Below are positions 25,668-37,321 of a stretch of 64,000 nt of DNA, in pieces. The notes below the pieces were generated by a model. That model was not told where the DNA came from. It ran no database searches and was given only the letters and a program-made list of their open reading frames with translations. The translations under genes were made by a program, and so were the position numbers. The stretch is from contig MU054117.1 in the NCBI GenBank assembly GCA_013239625.1, positions 3,710,677 to 3,774,676 of the forward strand, written 5' to 3'. Positions within the stretch are counted from its first letter, which is position 1. The number at the start of each line of letters is the position of its first letter. Source of the DNA: Lama guanicoe (taxonomy: Eukaryota).

Positions 25668-25830
25668 AGAATACTACTCCACCATAAAAAAGAATGAAAT
25701 AATGCCATTTGCAGCAACATGGATGAACCTAGAGATCGTCATTCTAAGTGAAGTAAGCCAGAAAGGGAGAGAAAAATATATGATATCACTTATACACAGA
25801 ACATTAAAAAATGATACAAATGAAGGTACT
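25668..25830 (+). mobile_element. LINE-1 ORF2-end fragment
   Basis: Encodes MPFAATWMNLEIVILSEVSQK. Confidence 0.8.
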
Positions 25831-26051
25831 TACTATATTATATTACATTATTATATTACTGTAATACTTTTACTACATAAATGACCTCAACTTTATGGGT
25901 TTAAACAACTCTGTGGATTTAAAAACAATTTAATATTTTGGACTGGTTGCTTTAATTCCTAAATGAAGATTGTGTTTGAGACTTAAAATTAGTGTAACTC
26001 TGTTTATTATATCGGAATAAGCCCCCCAAAAGGGAGATTGGTTGAATTTTC

Positions 26052-26092
26052 ATCTATCTGTCTGCCTGTCTGTCTGCCTGCCTGCCTGTCTG

Positions 26093-26131
<39 letters not shown>

Positions 26132-26155
26132 GTCTGTCTATCTATCTTTCTATCC
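26052..26155. repeat. Compound (TCTG)n(TCTA)n microsatellite
   Basis: Direct reading of the sequence. Confidence 0.9.
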
Positions 26156-26262
26156 ACCACAGCTTCTTTATCCAGTCACCTATCGATGGACATTTAGGGT
26201 GCTTCCATGTCTTGGCTGTTGTAAACAGTGCTGCTGTGAACACTGGCGTGCGTGCATGTACG
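26150..26262 (-). mobile_element. LINE-1 ORF2 fragment
   Basis: Encodes TPVFTAALFTTAKTWKHPKCPSIGDWIKKLW. Confidence 0.8.
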
Positions 26263-26959
26263 TTAGGCCCACCCATTATGAAGTCTGCAGCCCCGGGTCC
26301 CCAGGGGCAGACCTGATCCTGACTGGCGACCTCAGAGCCTGAGAAGAAGAAAAACCCAGAGGAGATGGAGCAGGAAGAGCACAGGTCTGGTGAGGAGCGT
26401 GCAAGGCCCTGCAGACAACCAGCGATGCCTCTACACACACACTCATCTTCACTTTCACGCCCCTTCCTCCCGCATGCACGTCCCTGAGGACAGCCAACCG
26501 CACGCACGCTCCTCCAACCCGGACACAAGCTTGTGAGTCCACACCCTGCTCCTCCGACACACACTTGTGCACCAGACCGGCTTTCCAGAACAGCCCCTGC
26601 TTGCAGATGGCATCACACAGATAAACCCCAACCACCTCCAGGAACAGAAAGAGACGATCCAGCAGACATTCCAGAATGAGGGGCTTCAGGGTAACTTAAA
26701 ACCGACAACCCCCTGGAGGCTGCGCCTGGAACTGCCAGTCGTGTCCCGAAGCACATTCCTCCTTGGCCACAGATGCTCTCAATCACCCGGCAGGGCCAGG
26801 GCAGGCCGAGAGCCTGGCTTCCTGATCCGGAAGCACTTAGCCGGCTTCTTGCCCAGGCCCCCGCCGCTGCAGGAACGAAAGCTGTGAGGCCGGATGTTGG
26901 GAGGAGGGGCATCTATATCATAGAAGGGGTTGCACGTCTCTGCAGAGGAGCCGAGTGGA

Positions 26960-27150
26960 CAGAACAAGGGCCCAAACTCCGCTCGCCTGGGCTTAAATTC
27001 CCGCTTTGCCACTTTCTGCCTGTGTGACCCTAGGCAAGTTAGTCGCTCTCTCTGTGCCTCCTTTTCCTCATCTATAAAAGGGGGACAATATTTCTGAGAA
27101 AAGGGGTGGCTGAGGGCATAGACCAGGCAGTATTTGTGAAGTGCTGGGGA
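26960..27150 (+). mobile_element. MIR SINE (one of many; others near 2.8, 11.4, 12.7, 20.1, 20.6, 21.7, 35.5, 42.0, 47.8 and 60.0 kb)
   Basis: MIR core TGTGTGACCCTAGGCAAGTTA...CTCTGTGCCTC...TTTCCTCATCTATAAAA. Confidence 0.7.
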
Positions 27151-27637
27151 TGCGCCTTGTCCATCAGAACAGCAAAGTCAGCACTGCTTTTCATCCTGCT
27201 GCTCAGCCCTGGGGGCACCACCGGCTCCGGGCTCCCGCTCCCGGAACCCCCCACCCCAGCCCGGGTACGAACCCCCCTGCCCTCCCAGCTCCCAGCTTTG
27301 CTGGGCGGGAGCAGCGCCCACCCGGCCCTCTCTCCCCCACCCCTTCCCGGTTAAGGGTTTCTACACAGGGATTTGTGGGGCGAGCTGAGGTTGTGCGTCT
27401 CAGGGATGTAAAGTCAGCCATCTGGTCTCCAGACTCAGCCTCCCGCCTGTGTGTCCGGGGAGCACCGCTGTCAGCTCTGGGGACCAGGGCTTTCCCGAGG
27501 GCAAGGACGGGGGCGCTGGAGTTTTCAGTCAGTTAGGTTTTGGAGTGAATGTCATATGTAGGAAAATGGGAAGAGAGATGCTTTTTTTTTTATTTCTGTG
27601 AAGCACATTTTATTGCAATTTTTTAAACATTTAAAAA

Positions 27638-27760
27638 ATTTTTTTGTGGGGAAGGTAATTAGGTTTACTTACTATTTTTTTAGAGGAGGTACTGGGGACT
27701 GAACCCAGGACCTTGTTGATGCTAAGCATGTGCTCCACCACTTGAGCTACACCCTTCCCC
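27638..27760 (-). mobile_element. tRNA-derived SINE (camelid-type)
   Basis: GAAGGTAATTAGGTTT...GGAGGTACTGGGGACTGAACCCAGGACC...CTTGAGCTACACCCTTCCCC. Confidence 0.85.
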
Positions 27761-27839
27761 GCAAATTTTTTTTTTCAGTTCTTATTCCAGGTAAATTACA
27801 CTTCAGCGTTAATTTTTCAGAATTTCATTTTTTGAGGAT

Positions 27840-28010
27840 ATTTTTAAATTGAAGTATAGTCGGTTGACGATGTGTTAATCTCTGGTGTATATAGCGTAGT
27901 GATTTTGTGATACCTACATATATATCCCTTTCGATGGTCTTTTTCATAAGCTATTGCAAGACACTGAATGTAGTTCCCTGTGCCCTACAGTGGGACCTTG
28001 CTGTCTCTCT
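27840..28010 (-). mobile_element. LINE-1 3' end directly upstream of the KCNA5 promoter
   Basis: TTTTTAAATTGAAGTATAGT...TAGTTCCCTGTGCCCTACAG...GGACCTTG. Confidence 0.7.
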
Positions 28011-28067
28011 GGAGATGCTTCTTCATTGGTCTCCAAATGCGCATATTTATTTTTAAGGCCCATAGCT

Positions 28068-28085
28068 CCGCCCCGCCCCGCCCCC
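28068..28085. promoter_or_regulatory. Three tandem GC boxes (Sp/KLF-type)
   Basis: CCGCCCCGCCCCGCCCCC about 700 bp upstream of the KCNA5 ATG. Confidence 0.6.
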
Positions 28086-28600
28086 TCGTGTTTGTAATTC
28101 CTCCCGAAGCCGAGAACCGTTACTCCTCCGAAGGAGAAATGTAAAAACGACTGCCCTCTCGCATCCTCGGGCTCACCTCAAAGCCTCATCCTTCCAACCC
28201 AAGACAGTCATTTCCCCGAGAATCCACTTGGCGCTCAGCCCGTTCCCAGGTGAACTGAAATCAGAGCGATTCTCATCTGGTTGCCCTGGGAGTTTCAGCG
28301 CTCTGGGTGCAACCTGTTCCTCCATCCTCTCCACTCCCTCCGTCCCTCCGCCCGCTGCCCCCAGCTCAGCCCCTGCCCCCCTCGCCCGGGGCCCCAGCTG
28401 CGCCCTCCGCGGTGGTGCGGGGCGCTCGCTGCCTCGGTGCCGGGAGGGGAGGCGGGAGGAGCAGGGGAGGGCAGGAGGCGGGGAGCCGCGGGGCGGAGGC
28501 CGCGCCTGGCGGCTGGCGGTTGCATCTGTTGGAAGGCAGCTTGTGGCTGCTTGGTAACGGGCTGCCAGAACCCAGAGAGGCAGAGAGCAGGGCAGCGGCT

Positions 28601-28614
28601 TCTTGACGTCAAGA
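28601..28614. promoter_or_regulatory. Consensus cAMP response element TGACGTCA (28604-28611) within a perfect 14-bp palindrome
   Basis: TCTTGACGTCAAGA about 155 bp upstream of the KCNA5 ATG. Confidence 0.75.
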
Positions 28615-28765
28615 CCGAGCGAGGGGACCGCGCCAGCCACCCTAGCCCGCCTCACAGCGGGCTGGCCGCCGCGGGGGAAAGGAGCCCGGTACCCGGGGCC
28701 CCGCGGAGAGAGGGGGGCGTGGGAGCCGGTCCGCAGGGGCGCAGCATGCCCCCCGCCCCCGGGCC

Positions 28766-31014
28766 ATGGAGATCCCCCGGGTGCCCCTGGAGAATGGCGG
28801 TGCCATGACGCTCAGGGAAGGAGGAGAGGCCAGGGTCACCGGAGGAGAGCTCCGCTGCCCGACGACGACGGCTGCGCTCAGCGGTGGCCCCAAGGAGCCG
28901 CCGCCAAGGGAGCGCCGCGCAGAGAGGGGCGCGGACAGGGCCGCGGACCCGGGAGGCCGGCCGGTGCCACCGCTACCCCAGGAGCTGCCCCAGCCTAGCC
29001 GGCGGTCGCCGGAGGGCGAGGAGGGAGACGGCGACCCCGCCCTGGGCGTGGCGGAGGACCAAGTGCTCCTTTCAGAGTCCCTCCACCACCAGCGCGTCCT
29101 CATTAACATCTCGGGGCTGCGCTTCGAGACGCAGCTGGGCACCCTGGCGCAGTTCCCCGACACGCTCCTGGGGGACCCGGCCAAGCGCCTGCGCTACTTC
29201 GACCCGCTGAGGAACGAGTACTTCTTCGACCGCAACCGGCCCAGCTTCGACGGCATCCTCTACTACTACCAGTCGGGGGGCCGGCTGCGGAGGCCGGTCA
29301 ACGTCTCCCTGGATGTGTTCGCAGACGAGATCCGCTTCTACCAGCTGGGGGACGAGGCCATGGAGCGCTTCCGCGAGGACGAGGGTTTCATCAAAGACGA
29401 GGAGAAGCCCCTGCCGCGCAACGAGTTCCAGCGCCAGGTGTGGCTGCTCTTCGAGTACCCGGAGAGCTCGGGGCCGGCCCGGGGCATCGCCATGGTCTCG
29501 GTCCTGGTCATCCTCATCTCCATCATCACCTTCTGCCTGGAGACTCTGCCTGAGTTCAGGGATGAACGCGAGCTGCTGCGCCATCCCCCCGTGCCCCACC
29601 AGCCCCCTGGACCCGCCCAGGGGGCCAATGGCAGCGGGGCCGTGGCGCCAGGCTCTGGCCCCACGGTGGCAGCTCTCAGCCCAGCTTCGACGGCATCCTC
29701 TACTACTACCAGTCGGGGGGCCGGCTGCGGAGGCCGGTCAACGTCTCCCTGGATGTGTTCGCAGACGAGATCCGCTTCTACCAGCTGGGGGACGAGGCCA
29801 TGGAGCGCTTCCGCGAGGACGAGGGTTTCATCAAAGACGAGGAGAAGCCCCTGCCGCGCAACGAGTTCCAGCGCCAGGTGTGGCTGCTCTTCGAGTACCC
29901 GGAGAGCTCGGGCTCCGCCCGGGGCATCGCCAGCGTCTCGGTCCTGGTCATCCTCATCTCCATCATCACCTTCTGCCTGGAGACTCTGCCTGAGTTCAGG
30001 GATGAACGCGAGCTGCTGCGCCATCCCCCCGTGCCCCACCAGCCCCCTGGACCCGCCCAGGGGGCCAATGGCAGCGGGGCCGTGGCGCCAGGCTCTGGCC
30101 CCACGGTGGCACCTCTCCTGCCCAGGACCCTGGCTGACCCCTTCTTCATCGTGGAGACCACGTGCGTCATCTGGTTCACCTTCGAGCTGCTGGTGCGCTT
30201 CTTTGCCTGCCCCAGCAAGGCCGAGTTCTCCCGGAACATCATGAACATCATCGATGTGGTGGCCATCTTCCCCTACTTCATCACGCTGGGCACCGAGCTG
30301 GTGCAGCAGCCAGGCGGCAGCGGAGGCGGCGGCCAGAACGGGCAGCAGGCCATGTCCCTGGCCATCCTCAGAGTGATCCGCCTGGTCCGCGTGTTCCGCA
30401 TCTTCAAGCTCTCCCGCCACTCCAAGGGGCTGCAGATCCTGGGCAAGACCTTGCAGGCCTCCATGCGGGAACTGGGGCTGCTCATCTTCTTCCTCTTCAT
30501 CGGAGTCATCCTCTTCTCCAGCGCCGTCTACTTCGCGGAGGCCGACAACCAGGAGACCCATTTCTCCAGCATCCCAGATGCCTTCTGGTGGGCAGTGGTC
30601 ACCATGACCACGGTGGGCTACGGGGACATGAGGCCCGTCACAGTGGGGGGCAAGATCGTGGGCTCACTGTGCGCCATCGCCGGTGTCCTCACCATCGCCC
30701 TGCCCGTGCCCGTCATCGTCTCTAACTTCAACTACTTCTACCACCGGGAGACGGACCACGAGGAGCAGGCAGCCCTTAAAGAGGAGCAGGGCGGCCAGAG
30801 CCAGGGGACAGGACCTGCCAGCGGAGGCCAGCGGAAGGCCAGCTGGAGCAAGGGGTCCCTCTGTAAGGCTGCGGGGTCCCTGGAGAAGGCGGATGGATCT
30901 CGAAGGGGCAGCAGCCCCCTGGAGAAGTGTAACCTCAAGGCCAAGAGCAACGTGGACTTGCGGAGATCCCTGTATGCCCTCTGCCTGGACACCAGCCGGG
31001 AAACGGATTTGTAA
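28766..31014 (+). CDS. KCNA5: Voltage-gated K+ channel Kv1.5, single exon; frame disrupted as assembled by a 440-bp internal tandem duplication (ORF pieces 28766-30244 and 29755-31014)
   Basis: N-terminus [16 protein letters not shown]1 domain ([22 protein letters not shown]), S4 ([23 protein letters not shown]), pore TVGYG, S6 PVP and Kv1.5-type C-terminus [11 protein letters not shown]. Span 2249 nt minus 440 = 1809 nt = 602 aa plus stop. Confidence 0.97.
29239..30118 (+). repeat. Tandem duplication, 2 x 440 bp (29239-29678 and 29679-30118), inside the KCNA5 CDS
   Basis: CCAGCTTCGACGGCATCCTC occurs at 29241 and 29681, an offset of 440. I found 7 mismatches by eye: 5 at 29473-29494 vs 29913-29934 and 2 near the unit end. 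Confidence 0.97.
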
Positions 31015-31796
31015 GGGGGACCCAGGCAAACAGCTGGCAGTGGGCTGGGTATAGCGGGGGTCTTCTGACCCACCCTGGGTATCTATTTCATGCACAGAGT
31101 ATTTCAAGCCCACCCTGTACCCTAGGTCTGTCCCTCTTTCACTGCTTCCCTCCTGCCTCCCCCACGATCCCCTCATTTTCCCTTTTCTTTCCACGACATC
31201 AAGGGTCGCCTATTTTTAAAAAGTACCACATTCCATGACGCAGGAGCCGTTGAAATGGTGAGCACTGTGAGATGCATGTATTTGTAGCCAGTTTCCTATA
31301 CCCAGCAGAGGGATAACCCAAACAAAAATGATTTTAAATAGCCCAGATTCCCCAGAGATTTTATAACCCACCCCCATTCCCTGTGTCCCAGATTTGCTTT
31401 ACATATGATTATATTTGTGTATCAGGGAAAATATTATTTTTAAGGCTGGTGAGTGGATTTTTGTACTGTAGTTCAGATGGAGATATTTTGGATATATTTT
31501 CAAGACATACGTTGTATTTATGGAAGAGAAGGTTATTGTGACATTCTCCTGTGATACTTTTATTAGAGCCAGAGACCCTGGTCACAACTGTTCTGGTTTC
31601 TGTATCTGCAAGCCTCTCTCTTTTCTAAGATGTATCGGTGCTTTGTGTCTAGGGCAGGAGATGCTCTGGAAGAAAGGCAAGTCTAACTTTTTCTGTTGGC
31701 CTTAAGCAATTCTTGTAACTTTCTTCTGCGAAAAGCATTTTAATGATGCTGGAGGAAGACATCTGATCGTTTATTCTCTTGAATTTTATCCCAGGA

Positions 31797-31802
31797 AATA
31801 AA
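31797..31802 (+). terminator. Probable KCNA5 polyadenylation signal
   Basis: AATAAA about 780 nt after the stop codon, at the end of an AT-rich 3' UTR, followed by T-rich sequence. Confidence 0.7.
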
Positions 31803-34800
31803 AGGTTACTTGGCTGAGGCAAATGCTAGTTTTTCTTAAGCTGATAGATTTTTTTTTTGGAAATTAAAAAAAAAAGTCCATCCTTTGCTGTTTCTGGTTT
31901 TGGAGTCGGAGTCAACACCCACTTGACTGGGATAGAAAACTTGGCAAGCTCATGATTTGATCATCATCATTCCTCTGTTGGGCCCCTCTGTGCCTCGGAG
32001 ACAGAAGGGTGAGATCAGTTTGTGTTGGGCTGTTATGACGCGGACGTGCCCAGGGTCATCAGACCAGGGTCGAGGAAGGATGGAGCTAAAAGGCAAAGAA
32101 TGACCAGAACCCCTGCAGCCCCGCTGCGGTCTCCTGGGGCTGGGGCTCCAGTCTCTCCTTTGTCTGCAGGTTGTAAGCCCTAACTGACAGGGTTCTCAGC
32201 AGCCCCGAGGAGCAAGCCTGGCTCTCACAGACATGAAACCTCTCTGCAGAAGTGCAGCCCAGGTGTGAAGGTCACAGAGGGAGGGAGCAGCTCCTCCTCG
32301 TTATGCTGAAACCCCTAAACTGTGGTGTGGATGAGGCGGTGCCCTCCCTGTCTTTGTGATGGACCGAGGCAGAGCGAGAAGGACTTGCTTGTCCACATTA
32401 AAGGCTGGTTTCTATAGACTGTAGCCCTGTCCCTAAACTCAGGAAAAAGCCCTTGTCCCCTTGTCGCTGGATGGTTGTGGCAAAACATCACAGTGGTGTA
32501 ACTCTGGCTGCGGTTTCTCTCTGGCACTAGTGCTATCCCCGTGGGGCTCCCAATTCCTGCCGTTGCCTTTTCTGCTGAATAATCCAAAAACTGGTGGTCT
32601 GACGTCCTCACCAGGGTGGGCTGGTGGTCCACAACCACAGCCCCCCCCCCAACCACAGCGAGCTTAATGGCTAGCTCTGGGGTGCATGCAGGTGTCCAGT
32701 CTGTGGGGCGAGGGAGGACCTGGGAAGCTGATGGCTGAAGACTGTGGATTTCAGTGGGATGCCGACGCCGTAAAGAAAGCCAGCGGCTGTGACCGCCGGA
32801 GTCACTTCCAGTCGGGAACTGTGAACAGCAAACCTGAGGAGGAAACAGAAGGGCTGTCCGGGCAGAGCTCTGTTGTTTTTCATTACACGCTGAAGCAAAG
32901 GAAGGAGAACAGAGACACTTTATTTATTTATGACTCTCAATCTGCCCAAAAGCAGGGCTTCTCACCAGAGCGCTCCTCCACACCGTCGCACCTCCAAGCC
33001 CTCTATGGCTGCGAAGCTAGGGTGGGTGGCTTAGCGCGTCCCTCGTAGTTGGGACGGGGCCACTCCTCGGGCTCCACTGTCTCTTAAAGATGAAAGAGAA
33101 GGAGCCACATTTGCCATGAAGGTTATTTCCTTTGGCTCGAGCAGCAAAGGGAGAACTGCATCCGGGTCTTAGATGTGTCCAGGTGGCTGATGGATGTTGG
33201 CGTAAACAGACCGGCTGCATCTTTAGAATGTCCAGTAAGCAGGTGCCAGCTTTTACAAATCCTCAGGGGTGGAGCCGTGGGAATGAGAGCACAAATCTCT
33301 GTTTTGCGTGGGAGGGGAGGTGCTGACCAGTAGGTTTACAAAGGGATCAAGGTGGTTCCAGAGGGACCCCCGTCCCCTGCTTCAGCCTCTCGTCCTGGAG
33401 GTCAGTGGCACCTCCCCTGGGCACTGGTCGGGTGCCCACCAGGCAGTGGAGGTATTTCAGTCTCTCCGTCTTCTCGGTGACCCTGTTGCTATGATTCCGG
33501 AAACGGGCTCCACTGTTTCACTCCTGCCATCCTGGTGGCTGGTGTGACACGTGATTGGCAGGAAAGGAGCCCGCTCTCACCCAGGTTGCCTGAGGTGAGG
33601 GGCCCCTTCCTGTCCTCTCTCCCCCGCCCACCCCTTCCCTGCTGTCACTGATTTTCCTTCCTGGGGAGATTAGATCAAGGGGCCTCAGCCAAGCCTTTTA
33701 TCCAGATGTTGCCTCTTGGCTTCCACAGCGGGGAAACCATCCCCGGGTTTATAATCTACCATCTTAAGCAACCTCCGCGCGGAGGGCAGGGATGCACTGG
33801 GTGGTGCATTTAAGCAAGGACAGCTGCCCTCCTGCAGAGCGCCCGGGCCCCCCCTCTTTCTTCTCCTGCCCGTATGTTTGCTAAGCCCTAAGCAAGGACA
33901 GGTTCAGAAAGAGAAGTCTTGTCACAGGCTTTAAAAGCCCCAGCTCCCCGATTCACCCTGCCCAGGACACTCCTCGAGGGAAAACAGAGTCCCAGCCCTT
34001 GAGGAAGCTTCCTGTAAGACTGGGCTGTGACTCACTCTCATGCTCATAGTAAGAATGCCTCCAGCCTTGGAGGGGTCGGAGCAAAGTGTTTCCTTTGGTG
34101 CGGAGCGTCCCCTCCAGAGATGTCCGTGGTGCACAGTGAATGTGATCCTGGGATGTTCAAGTGCTCTTGCCTGCGGCTGCCCTCAGCAGCTCACATCTGC
34201 TCAGAAGTTCCTCTGGGCCCAGCAGTCCTCGGTGTGCTGGGGATGCTGGGACAGGGCTAGGGACGCTGTCCCTGCCTTCGGATGCTTTCCGTCCCGTCCA
34301 CTGGGGAAGCAACCGGTGTACAGCAAATCAAATCATGCAAAACGATGTGTGATTAGTACCCTGCAGGGGATTCCAAAATGAAATGCCCTGGGTCAGGGGT
34401 GGGAGAGTGAGGAGGAAAAGAGCAGAAAAGAGACGCTTCTGGAGACCGTGAAGGGTGGCTAGGAAGAGAGGAGGGCATTCAGGATGAGGGGACCGGGAGT
34501 AGCGGGCTGGAGGAGAACGTCCCCCCGCCCCGTCCCCATCACCAGCATCTGAGGATGGAGCGCAGAGGTAAAGGTCGGTGCTGCTCGCCAGGACCGCAGC
34601 AGGAGTCCGCGTTTCACCCGTGCAGGGGCGCTCGGTGATTACGTGGGGCAGGGGTCGGTGAAAGTTCGGAAAGGAGCCAGAGAGTAAATCTTTCAGGCCT
34701 TGTCGGCCAAGAGGCAAACCTGAAGCTGCTATTGTAGGGACTTACATAAGCATTTAAAATTGAGTCATTTTAAGAGGTTACCACCGGCCTTAGCTCCAGA

Positions 34801-37321
34801 GCTGGCTGTCCCTGTCACGTCTGCTTATCTGTCACACAGAGGCTGCCTTCTGGGCATCCGGTCTCGCCTGGGACGCCCTGACCCGGCTCCCTGATTGGAC
34901 TTGACTTCACTGAACTTGCACTTCTTGTAAATACCAAGCCCGGCTCAAGAAGCGGAGCCTCCCGGACCAGGGAGGGCCTTATTAGGGAGCTGCGCTTGCT
35001 TCTACCTCCTTGTGGACATTAGATTTTTCCAGGTGGCCTCGGGGCAGGCTGCTCTGTTTCTAGGGAGAAGAAAGAAGATGCCAAACAGGATACTCCACCT
35101 GGGGGTCCAGGTGGTGGGGTTTTCCCTCAGCTGCTGGTGGAAGTGGGGGCAAGGTATCCAGGGGGCTTCCTTCTCCTTCTGGACCTTAATCTCTTCCTGG
35201 ACGTGACATCACACCGGGCGCCTGGAGGATGCACTCCCCTGGCCCTCTTTGTCTGGCTCTTCTCTGGCTGTAGAGATGGGCCTGGGCTGGCAGGGTCGCA
35301 TACGGTGTGCATGGTGGGGACAGCGTGACCCAACTCTGGACCACAGGCCTCCAATCAGAGCAAGATGCTTGTCACCTTCCCTTTTAACTGGCATGTATTT
35401 TCTCATGTCAAACTTTGCACCAGGTAATGTTTCAGCTGGCAGGAACCTTGCAAATAATCTGGTGGGTCTCGCTCATTTTACAGATGAGCAAATCGAGGCC
35501 CAGAGGGGAGAAGCCACTTACCCAAGGTCACACCCCAGCTGAAGTAAACTGGGTCTGGAATTGTCTCCCCTGACCCCTGGGCTGGATGTCTCTGTGTGTT
35601 CCCCTCCGCTCCCTCTGCATGACTGTGTCCACGTTCTCGTTAAGCTGCCTCCCTGACCCTCCTGCCTCCCGAGGCACATCCCTGCCACGCCAGTTCATCT
35701 GTATTCAGTTTGCCTGCGAGGGCTGCGTCCTGGGTGTCCAGCTTGGGAAGCCCCAGTCTGTCTCCTCTGGTTTGACTTTATTCAATTCAACCTGCCTGTG
35801 TTGTGAATGTCAAGCCAGTAAAAGCAACAGAGACGCGGCACTGTGACAAACCAACTCCCGCATGCAAGCGGCTCGCTGTCTGGGAGGAAAATGGAAACAC
35901 TGATGAGCCAGCGTCCTTAATACTCTCGTTCATTCATTTCTCAACAAACATTCATTCAACAAACGTTCCTTTGACAACATTATTTACTATGAGGCGAGCG
36001 CCGTGCTGGGCACCGAAACTCACTGGTAAGAGATCTCCCTCCGCTGGTGGGTCTCCCAGTCCAGCGGGGAGGCTCTTCAGGGAAGGAAGCAAATGAATAA
36101 AGAGATCACGTTTAATTAGACGCAGAGCCAGGGAGGAAATGAGCAGGGCTGTGATCGAGGGAAAGGTGTGCTCCTTTGGAGAAGAGCGGGAGACAGGCGT
36201 GGGGGCTCTGGGGCACCAGGAGAGCATGCATGCTTTCCCGCAGGAGTGGAGGGGTGGTGACAGGCACAGGTAAGGGCTGGGGAAGCCAAGAGTCCCTGGA
36301 ATGATCCAGAGGGACTTTCAAAGCCAGCACCACTCCAGGCCGCTCACCACCTTGGAGCAGGAACATGGCCCCGCCTTCCAGGCGGCACCCCCAAAAGAGA
36401 TGCAGTGGGACCATCTCGAAGTTCTGCTGGAAGGCCAGTGATGGGCTCCAACCCGATTTTTAAATAAATTTTAGGGGGGCAGCCACAGGCCCTCAGATGC
36501 CCTATTGATGGTTGCCCAAGATCTACCCAGCAGCCCAAATGAAGCCAGTGATGATGACATCAGAGGCAGGTATCAGGTGCTGGAGATGGGTCTGGGAGGA
36601 CAGAGGAGAGTTCCCCTGGGCAGGGAAACGGGCGGGGTGACGCAGGAGGAATCGGCATCTGAGTGGACCGGTCAGGGCTGCCGGGCGGGGGTAAAGCTGG
36701 CTCATCACAGCGTGTGTGAAGCCCCACCTGTGTCACTGGCCTCTCACCTCATCTCAGCCCAGCTCTGTGTTCAACACAGTCCGAGGCCCGGGCTCTCTCC
36801 TGACCGCCGCAGGGCAGTATATTTCGCTGGTCAATATCGTCATTAGTTTATGGTGATTAAAACACAACTTAAAAAATCTATCAGTTCACAAAAGTCTCCT
36901 GTGTAGTGCACAGGAAAAAAAACACTTTTTTTTTAAACTATTTGATTTGTTCAGCTTCAGAAACTAAACCTCTCTCAGAAGTGCCCCTCGTCTGGGGCAG
37001 GAAGCTCTTTGCTGGGATACTGCAAAGCTATGAACACTTACATACAGCAATATCTCAGATGCGATTCAGTATATGGATCCCGATGACCCAGTGATGTTTC
37101 TGGCCTCCACCTCCGTCTCCCTCCTAGAAACAGTGGGAGCTAAGGGCACATGGAGGATCATTTATTCATTCATTCGTTCACGCCCGCGTGCGTTACAGCC
37201 TAGGAGACCGGGTGGTCTGGGGTTACATTCTAGCTCCAGCCAATCCCCTGCAAAAACTTCATGTTTGTCATGTGGGGATAACAGCCTTCCTCGGCTGGTG
37301 AAAAGCACTACTTGCTGTATC

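Larger units (their letters stand above)
28060..30760. promoter_or_regulatory. CpG island over the KCNA5 promoter, 5' UTR and CDS
   Basis: Visibly high GC and CpG density compared with the flanks; boundaries approximate. Confidence 0.85.

Noticed and set aside
29338..30561. 407-aa minus-strand ORF and other antisense ORFs over KCNA5
   Set aside because: Shadow frames of a GC3-rich coding sequence; no recognisable domain.
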